Shown in pieces: positions 55,101-64,000 of a stretch of 64,000 nucleotides of DNA. The notes below the pieces were generated by a model. The model searched no databases, was not told where the DNA came from, and was given only the letters and a program-made list of their open reading frames with translations. Made by a program: the position numbers and the translations under genes. Within the stretch, counting starts at the first letter, position 1. Every line of letters starts with the position of its first letter. This stretch comes from Nageia nagi. Its lineage: Eukaryota; Plantae; Pinophyta. The DNA lies in NCBI GenBank assembly GCA_050084985.1, contig JBITNC010000001.1, positions 141,794,001 through 141,858,000 of the forward strand. Direction: 5' to 3'.

Positions 55101-57265
55101 CATTGTGAAAATTAAACATAAGTATTTTATTAAGTTTAAGTTTTTTTTTTAAATATTTTTATACAAGGAAATGATAGAAGTTATATTTTATCCTTATGCC
55201 TTTTAGAGTGAAAGGCTCAATATTTATCATTTTCACTATGAAAGCATTGTATAGATTTTTCTTTAGCAACATAAACTTGTTTAGATTTTCATTTCATTGT
55301 GAGAAATTATAATTAAATATTTTATAAAGAAATTAGTTTATTTTTAAGCTATAATATTTTATAACATTTAATTGATTATGTAGAAGATAAAAGCTAAGAT
55401 TTTGATGAGAAATCAAGCTATATGCAAAGGAGCAACCAAAATGCTAGGAAAAATGGATACACCTATATAGGCCTTATTCAAGGACCAATTAACTAAAAAT
55501 AAAGATATTCCATGGACATACACAAATCCTATCCAAAACTTGGAAAACTTATACTATTAGTCAAAGCTTGGGGAAGTCACTATTAGGAAATGGTAAATAC
55601 TACTTGAGAACATACATGAGGTATTTTTAATATCTAGTTGAACTATCGATATATCGATAAGTATTTTATAATGGGAGGGTGTAGGGGTATTTAAAATTCA
55701 TGCAAATGGTAAATTTTAGAAAAGGGTTATTATTTATTATACATGGATTTACCATGAGGGGTTTAATAAATTTAAAAGGGACATGGTAAATTTTAAAAAT
55801 TGAGGTTTTTTAAGAAGCCAACGTTCGAATGTGTGTTGAAAGCTTTCTACTAAGTGAGCCACTTGGCAGTCAAAGATGAAAAAATAAATAAATTTAGCAT
55901 ATTCTATTGGATTAGTCATGTCAACAATTTTTCCTTTTACCCTTTGATTTCTAGAATTGTAATTAGTAGTAGCCAATTGCTATGATGTAGAATCTAGAAT
56001 AGTTGTAACTAAAATAGGACAAGTGATTATTGGTTTATCTCTAAAAAATATAGAATTAGTTTTTATAATTTATAAAAGAGGTATTAAATATGGAAAATAG
56101 AAGTTTGTAGTAGGGAGCAAGAATGGGAAGAAACCTTCAAAGGCAATTTGAGCTTGGTTCAAGTCAAAACACCAAGTTAAAACTCACCATCAAGTCATAA
56201 AGGATTTAAGGGATATGTTAAAATATGAGTATGCTAAATGTACAAGTTTTATATCTAGAGTATTAGTGAGGTCGAACGATCAAAATTTTTGATAGGATTT
56301 TTTTTTTTAACAAATTTAGAGGGGGCTCCAACTATAATGGAGCTAGTTTATTAATGATACTCTAAAGGATCAATTATCCACATTTAGGGATAAAAATAAA
56401 TTTGATATGACAAGATATTTTATTTGGATAATGATGTATATGAAGATGGGGCCTAATCTAGAAGGTGTTGAAACTAAAAATGGTAATCCCATGAACCAAG
56501 TCTTGTTTGTATATGCATTGTGGTATAAAGATAAAAATGGAAAAAAGTACATCATGAGAAATGATGCCTAAGAGTATGAAATTACATGGATTTAGTTGGA
56601 GCTAATGCTATTCAAAGATTGTCTATCAAGGCCTAATGCACACTATAATGCTAACTAGTTTATTGAAAATGAAAGCTTTACTTATATAACAGTAAATGGT
56701 TTTAGGCAAGATTCTGACTAAAATTTTGTAATTATCATTTTAGATTATCACTACAAGATTATCAAGTTTTATCTACATTTCATATTTATTTACTACAATA
56801 ATTTAATGCTACTAATAAAAGGGGGTGTTTGTAATAAAAATATTATAATGTCTCTCATAATCATTTAAGATATGCAATCAAACTCTTCCAATTTTTATTT
56901 TACAAATTTCAATTATTTTATTTTGAACTCCATCTTTAAACAAAAATCTTCATAAAAACTTAGAAGTAAATGACATTCAATCCTAATTTAATCATTCAAA
57001 GAAAGCATGCTCATTCAAACTTTTACCTTTGATTTACAACATTCGAGACAAGAAAGATCTCTAACCATATCATTAAAATGTTCTATATCATTTTGCATCA
57101 TCAACACTTCACTTCAAAATTAACTACATCTAAGATTTCCCCCAACTATTAGAGAGAAAATAAGAAATTAGGCAAACGAAGGCATGCAAGTTCCTTCAAA
57201 ACCCACAATTACATGCAAGGAGAAAGCCATGAAGACCAGTCCGTGAAAAAGGTGTTATCTATGCC

Positions 57266-57333
57266 ATGGCGAGGCAGATAAACAGCAAATTGTTGGAGTT
57301 CCTTGTGTGCCCTCTTTCCAAGGAGGCCTTGAG
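57266..57333 (+). CDS. PYURF-like: Trm112p-like / UPF0434 (preY/PYURF-type) protein, exon 1
   Basis: gccATGGCG start; MARQINSKLLEFLVCPLSKEAL+AG; donor AG|gtgaat; family motif LLEFLVCPLSK. Confidence 0.88.
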
Positions 57334-57426
57334 GTGAATTAAGCTCAACCATATTGCTGACATCACTGACTTCTTTCCATTTTTCTGATCACCCATCTTT
57401 TCGTATGGCAATCATTTCTTGCTCAG

Positions 57427-57481
57427 GTTTTGCCCAAAATCAAACGCTCTTATCAGTGATTCACTGGGCGTTTCATATCCC
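57427..57481 (+). CDS. PYURF-like: Trm112p-like / UPF0434 (preY/PYURF-type) protein, exon 2
   Basis: A 93-bp GT-AG intron (57334-57426) keeps the phase: (R)FCPKSNALISDSLGVSYP, then donor gtgaga. The expected IxDGIP exon was not found in the window. Confidence 0.88.
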
Positions 57482-58352
57482 GTGAGAAATTTTACTCCAT
57501 TCTGGTAGCCAAATAATTGCGATGAAATTTTAAAAAGGGATATTTTTGTTTTATAGTTTTATTTCACGAAATTTCATATATAGGTTTATGATTAATTCCG
57601 ATGAGTTGGGCGAATATTCTTTGTGAGATAGTAGCAGATGTAATGTAATCTTTAGGTCATTGGGTTCCTTGGTCCATTTACTCATAATTGAATTTACACT
57701 TTTCTTTTTACTTTGAAGTAATTATGAAGGTATATGCTATGCGTGTGATGTAGTTTTTACATCCAAAAAAAAAAAAAAAAAAAAACCCTAAGACTTACAG
57801 TTAAGCTTGGTTGCTGATCATAAATAGTTTCTCAAGGCTCGGTCATGTAGGGCTTCCTTTTTTATTAAATGAATGTACGAATGTTGGTTATCTACTTTTA
57901 CTGTTGTATGAATCTAGATATTTAACATGACGATGCCTTCTCAATCACTCTACATTGCAGTTAAATTTTACCTCCTTGTCATTAAGACTTCAATGTCAAG
58001 CTCTGGAACTATTCTTTACAATATGACCCATCAAAAGCCGTCTTTAAATATTTCCTTTTCCTCAAAACTGCTATTCTAAATGTTTTTGGTTGTTCGAACA
58101 AATGTAAATACTATCCATGAAAAGAAAACAGCTAGAAACCACTTTGAGAGATCACAAACCCTAGGTACCATATTGCTCTCTCTTTGGAAAGGCCAATGCA
58201 ATACTTACCTGGCCTTGATGACAATCTCAAATTCTTCAGCCTCTTGATTAGAAGGACCCACCAATTACTTCAGAAGAAGTGGTTATGGTGACCTTAAAAC
58301 CTCAAAAGATGAATTTTTTTGAAAAACCCTATAATTTTTGTAACCTTCAATT

Positions 58353-61300
58353 TGTTAGAAATAACTATTACATCATTTGTTTTATATAATGTTATTAATA
58401 ATTTAAAAAAAGGTGGGGTAGTTCAAGTTGGATCTTGATTTTTCCAAGTACAAATGCCGTAACTCCTCACATCATGGTATACAAAAACGTATCTTGCATG
58501 ATTACAAATAGTGTGTTCTCTTTCCTTTAACATGGTATCAAATCGTGCATGATAATGGGATCTCTTTGTATGCAATATTGAACGGTGCATATGATCTTTG
58601 CAGTTTGTTGAATGTTGTCAATCCTAATGGTTGTCGCTACTTTCAACTTTTTGTTGATGATTCAAGATGATGATGTGGGTATTGCTTGAAACAAAAGTTC
58701 CAAGCTCTATACATTACTTAAATGAGCTCAAACACCTGGTGGAGAAACAAACTGGTTGTGGCCTCAAGTCTCTCCCCTCAGATTGAGGGGGGAATATAAG
58801 TCCACAAAATTCTCAGAGTACCTGAAGCAGAATGGCATTCAACACCAATTAATAGTTGCCTACATGTTGCAAGAAAATGGAGTTGCAAAAAGGTTTAGTC
58901 ATATGATCATGGAAATGGTGCTGTGTACGTTGAGGGATGATGATTTGGAGAACACATATTGGGTTGAGGCTATTCCTACTACAGTTTATTTCCTAAACCG
59001 TGCACCCATCAATGCCTTTGATGGCATAATGTTGGAGGAGGCATGGATTGGTCACATGCCTTACATTTCTCATCTCAGAGTTTTCAGGAGCATTGCCCCA
59101 CATGCTTGTTCGTAAGGAGAAAAGAAGAATGTTGGAGCAAAAATCCTTGAAGTTTATTCTTCCTGGATACAATGCGAAGTTTAAGGCATACAAAGCATTT
59201 GATCATGTGACGAAGAAGATTCATATCAACAGACACATAGTCTGTGACGACATGCTTGACTCACCTTCTTCCTCATCACTTGAGATAGATGATGCATTGA
59301 TAATAACATATGATGGTGATAATGATGGGATACTATAAGCTCCATAGGGTGGTGAAACTATCATTGACATCAATGCTACTGATTGATTTAATGGTGTTGA
59401 AAATGCTGGAGGTTCAGAGACCAAAGTTTTGAACCCTCATGTTTAATGATTCACAACATTGTTGGAAAACTTGGACTCAGAAACTACTCGGCAAGGCAAA
59501 TTTTGGAGAGTACTCAGCAACTCTTGCAAAAAAATTCGGCAAAAGAAACTTTAAACCTTTCATGAAAAACATACAAAATGATATTTAAATTTTGAGTCAA
59601 ATAATTAAATAATAATTGATGATTAAGTAAAAAGATTAATTAAATGCATAATTTAAAATAAAAGTGAAATAAACAATTAAATAGATGGTAATTTTGAACA
59701 AATAAATTAAATTTGATAGTAAATCCAATTAAATATTTAATGAAATTAAACAAAGTCTTTTACCACAAAATAAATAGCCTAACATTATTGACAATTGAAC
59801 TAGCGAAGAGAAGCAAAACAACAATGCACCTACAAATACGTCTTTGAACAAACATCACTCATGATTGCATTCAGATTGTTTGTTGTGTGTCTCTCACACT
59901 TAGAATACCCATCACCTCTCCACTACCCACTCCCACCACCATTACTGCACTATGTAAAAACTGTTGATGTCAACGAGGATCTACATGTCTTGCATAATGT
60001 TCATGACATCATACACTCCTTTGCATATGTTTATGGTGCTGCCTTTAAAAGGAGGGATAACACTAGGGCAAGTGCAACCATGCTCTCATTCTAGTTTTTT
60101 GACTATATTTTTTTTGAAATGTGGTTTTGTTTTCATAGTGGCCGAGTAACCGCAAGTAACCCACAAGTAATCAGTTGGGTAATTAGGTGGCACTTGTCAT
60201 TGGTGAGTAACACCCCCAAGTAACCCTTTTGGAGCCTGTAGTGCAAGTAACTACCGTTTACTCGCCCATTTTCGAACACTGATGCATAGTATGGCATATC
60301 AATGTGTAAATTATACATTGGTCATTTCAATCCTCTAAAGTTTTGAACCCTCCTCAGTTCAATAAGCGCTTGATTCCAAGGAGTGGAAGAATGCCATGGA
60401 TGTTGAATATTGGTCTTTGATGATGAACAACACATAGAAACTTTTAGGCCTTCCCCAAGGCAAGAAGGCTATCGGTTGCAAGTGAGTGTTCATAATCAAG
60501 TATAAGTCAAATGTGAACATCGAAGGCATGACTAGCAGTAAAAGTATATGCATAGAAAGGAAGGAATATATAATGAGGAGATCTTTTTCCCAACAACCAA
60601 GATAAAGCTAATCAAGATTGTTCTTATTATGGTTGCATATTTGAGTCGGAGAGTACACCAAATGAATGTGAAGAGTACCATTTTAAATAGAGATTTGAAG
60701 GAGGCATACAGGACCCAACTAGAGGGATAAGTTGCACCAAGGGATGAAGGAAAGGTTTGCAAGCCGATCAAATCTCTCTATGAATTCAAACAAGCACTGA
60801 GGGTATGTTATATGAAGATTGATGTTAGTACAATCCCAATCTCTATCTTCAATAGTAAAGGGGGGAAATTATGATCATAATTGTGTATGTTGACAACTTA
60901 GTCATCACCGACAACTTAGACAAGATGATTGAGGGGTCAAAGAATGATTTGAAGAAGTAGTTTGGCAATATGAATCTCGAGCTATTGCATTTTTGTCTTG
61001 GTTTTCGACATGAGCATATGAGAGCTCTATCTTTATTTCATAGATGGAGTATACTAGATCATTCCTCAAGAGATTCCAGATGGCAAAATGTAAGTTTATA
61101 CAAACACCCATAGAGTTAGAGCTACAAGTTTTCCGAAATGTTAACTAACCTGAAGTAGATGCAACTCCCTATCAATAGTTGATTGGGAGGTTGATCTATC
61201 TCACATACACTAGGCTTGGTCACAATTCATGCAAGAGTCAAAAGTTTCTCATTGGAAGGCAACAAGATAAGTCTTGAAGTACATTAGATGTAGTGTGAAG

Positions 61301-62008
61301 TATGACCTAGGGTATGAGAAGTTTGATATATTTTTCTTGATAGGGTATACAAAATCAGAGTATGCATGATCCGTGGATGATTGGAGGTCTACCATTGGGT
61401 ATGCATTTTTTGTTTTTGCATTTGGTTCAATATCATTGAGGAGTAAGAAACAAAGCATTGTATCCAAATCCTCCACAAAAGTAGAGTATTACATCGCAGG
61501 GCAAGTTGTCTACAAAGTGGTATGGGTATCTTGCATTCTTGCATATATGGGGATACCATAGACTCATCCAATGACTCTTCATTGTGACAACCAAAGTGTT
61601 TTGAAACTTGTTTATAACCGTTTCTTTCATGAGCACACCAAACACATTGAGGTACAAAGTTACTTTACCAATGAGCATGTTTAGAACCATAATATTCAGC
61701 TTCAATATTCGTCAACCAACAATTAGTTTGTTGATAAGTTTGCCAAAGCGTTGGCTCGTACAGACTTTGAACGTTTTCTAGATTCACTCTCAAGTCTTTC
61801 AAGACATGATATGCTAGGGGTTGGGGTTTAGATATAGGTATTACATCATTTGTTTATTATAATGTTATTGATAATAAATAAATAGGGTTGGGTGGTTATG
61901 ATTGGTTATGGAGTTATATGGATCAATCTATTGTAACTCCTTGTAGCATGGTGTATAAAAAACATATCTTGCATGAATACAAATAGTGTGCATTCTCTTT
62001 GCTCAACA
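58353..62008 (+). mobile_element. Old Ty1/Copia element with short diverged LTRs and gag/protease deleted, in the presumed intron 2
   Basis: LTRs about 58353-58532 and 61827-62008; PBS tggtatcaaa at 58533; TSD caatt/cattt. Integrase (GGEY-like, QENGVAKR), RT (HQMNVKSTILN), RNase H (WRSTIGY, CDNQS). Confidence 0.88.
59457..60281. mobile_element. Non-autonomous hAT-like DNA transposon nested in the Copia
   Basis: Imperfect 14-bp TIRs cattgttggaaaac / attttcgaacactg (reverse complement cagtgttcgaaaat). Subterminal actc(a/g)g motifs on the left and (g/a)agtaac motifs on the right. 8-bp flanks attcacaa/atgcatag (5/8 match). Confidence 0.7.
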
Positions 62009-62309
62009 CATTTTTGATACCCTTTGTCTATTAGAAATTTTTTGTTGTAATTTGAATTTTCTTTGGAGAAGAATCCAAATCTTAGTGATTATATTATGAT
62101 TTCCATAGTTTCAGAAGTCGTTGCTCATAAAAGATCAAGCCGAACCAATATAATGAAACCTAAAAAAATCATGTGTGATACAAATATTTGTTTATCATTG
62201 TTGTGAGGCTCCTTGAGTTTTTTTTTTGTAATAACCCAATTTGAGTCGACTTGGCTATGTACTTGGCTTGACCATTTTTACAGCCACAAACAATTCATGA
62301 TTCAAATGT

Positions 62310-62483
62310 GAATCCTTGATTTCAACTGTGCTTGACCACATGACCCATTGGTTAGCATACTTGGATATGCAATAAAAGATTTTTTCTAGCAAGAATGAAT
62401 CCTTGATTTCAATTGGGCTTGACCACATGACCCATTGGTTAGCATACTTGGATATGCAATAAAACATTTTTTCTAGCAGGAAT
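62310..62483. repeat. 87-bp tandem duplication
   Basis: gaatccttgatttcaa...ttttctagc(a/g)gaat-like unit at 62310 and 62397. Confidence 0.92.
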
Positions 62484-62759
62484 TGTTTTTTCTTCAATAT
62501 TTTACCTAGTCATTCAATTGATGATTGGCTTGGAAAGATTTTGAGTAAACGTGTCATTCTTACTCTTCAACCATGCTGAGTACGATCATGAGAGAATACA
62601 ATGGATTAAATGGTATCAGGCCTTATGGCTTTTTGTTTTGGATAAGGGAATTAAAATGAAACAATACGCCAAACATAAATATCTCAACAAATATCTTTTT
62701 AGCTTTTTGAAATATGAAAGGAAAACAAGTAAAATGCCAGCCTATATACATGATAATGT

Positions 62760-64000
62760 TGAAAGAAAGGAAGGAAATATATTAATGTCCATAGGAGGCC
62801 AAAAGCGGTCTATGGGACTAAATGCACAAGAAATTGTAAGATAACTTGCAAAGCCCCCTAGAGGGCCCACCCTATGTCTAGAGTACAACTAATTACTTCA
62901 GTCCAAGGCCTCTCTAGGAGAGAACGTGCGGGTGTTCTCCACCTTGAGGTGAGATCTCGCTAATTACTACAAGCCGTGTTTGTGGAGTTGCTCCTAGAGG
63001 GGAAAAAGGATGAGATCCATTGAGTCCTCAATGGCACTTGAGTGTCTTGCAGGCATCTCTTGGTAAAACATGTAAAATGCTATAGGTCGTCCCCTCATCT
63101 CTTATGGGTCTCCTCAGGGGAGGAGGCTTGAAAAAGAACATAAAACGAGTCCTTATAGGATGCTACATGTGAGATAGGAGGTGCTTCCATAGAAGGAAGG
63201 CCTCTTAGATATAAAGAGCTAGGCATTGGTGGTCAGAATATTGGAAAAATGTAGACAATGAACCTTGTGCATCTCGGAAGAGACATTGGTTGCGATTGCG
63301 AATCTTGTTATAGACTTAGCACCAAAAGATAAAGTGGTCTTCAAACTCGGTCTCCAGTGAGCATAAACAACAAACTCATAGCTCTTGTGCTACATGGTTG
63401 TCTATCTCAATCCTCAATTGATGGGAGAAAACCCAAAATTATCCAAGAGACATCTAAGCTCGGTTCGTTGCATCAATGATTTGTGCTCGATTGGGTGTTG
63501 AATTGTCGCAATTTTCTCTAATTTGTTTTGTAATTTTGAAATGAGTTTGTCCTTTTCAATCATCTGTTGTTGTAGATGGGAAACCAATCCCTGGAATTCG
63601 TTTCCAAAAAGTTCCAGTTGGGTGATACGACTACAAAGTTTGCTACACATATTAGTAGATATTGGAGTCCTTAACACAATCATATTAGTAGAATGTGTAG
63701 CAACGGATTGAGGCAGTCCTTGTTCAACTGTTTGGACTGTGTTTCAATCGTAAGGATTAAATTCTCTGGATTTGTCATTGCGTTTTGCAAAGGAGGAGTT
63801 GCGGGATTGTTAGAATGCTAACAAAATTGGATTGAAGAGCTTTCGGATGTGAACAGGTCAACTCTGGAGGGTCTATGGAATTGGACGAGGATGCTCTAGA
63901 TTGTGAATAGGTCATCGCCAGTTTGAAAACTTGACGACAAACATGCTCAGATATAGTCTGTTAGCATGCCAATGGTGGTACAAGTTGATGAAGAAACAAA
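62760..64000 (-). mobile_element. Non-LTR retrotransposon derivative (coiled-coil ORF1-like piece, ORF2 C-terminal CCHC finger, 3' UTR)
   Basis: Minus strand FSHQLRIEIDNHVAQEL*VCCLCSLETEFEDHFIFWC*VYNKIRNRNQCLFR...DHQCLALY at about 63435-63200. Upstream ORF 63414-63683 is heptad-rich. Possible simple-repeat tail at about 62760-62778. Confidence 0.62.

Noticed and set aside
57783-57791. Telo-box AAACCCTAA
   Set aside because: A single hit merged with a poly-A run in very AT-rich DNA; expected by chance.
58201-58360. U1 snRNA gene (starts ATACTTACCTGG)
   Set aside because: Similarity stops after 12 nt. No U1 stem-loops, Sm site or GC-rich 3' hairpin are visible.
62255-62497. Protein with a 29-aa internal repeat
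   Set aside because: Explained by an 87-bp DNA tandem duplication; no coding signature.

Overview
This is AT-rich (roughly 30% GC by eye), strongly CpG/CHG-depleted land-plant nuclear DNA. The TE families and composition point to a gymnosperm (inference). Most of the window is nested, decayed retroelements: Gypsy/Tat, Copia, LINEs and a hAT-like derivative. Host genes are two intronless, divergent NAA10/ARD1-like N-acetyltransferase paralogs on the minus strand (42731-43213, 48012-48524) and the first two exons of a Trm112-fold PYURF/preY-like gene (57266-57481), whose second intron appears to run past the window end. The main structure is a tandem duplication of a roughly 22 kb ancestral unit (12176-25570 vs 29333-46457) in which each copy lost a different block. 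One gag + antisense Plant Mobile Domain LTR element without pol now has its 5' LTR in copy 1 and its 3' LTR in copy 2, with an intact ATAAA target-site duplication. Copy 1 appears to have lost an acetyltransferase gene. Other points: a decayed extra ORF of about 1200 codons behind a Gypsy pol, a templated-insertion repair scar near 1.2-1.4 kb, and much higher CpG retention in intronic than intergenic Copia DNA. Identities and counts are manual estimates. Family assignments come from motif recognition, not database searches.
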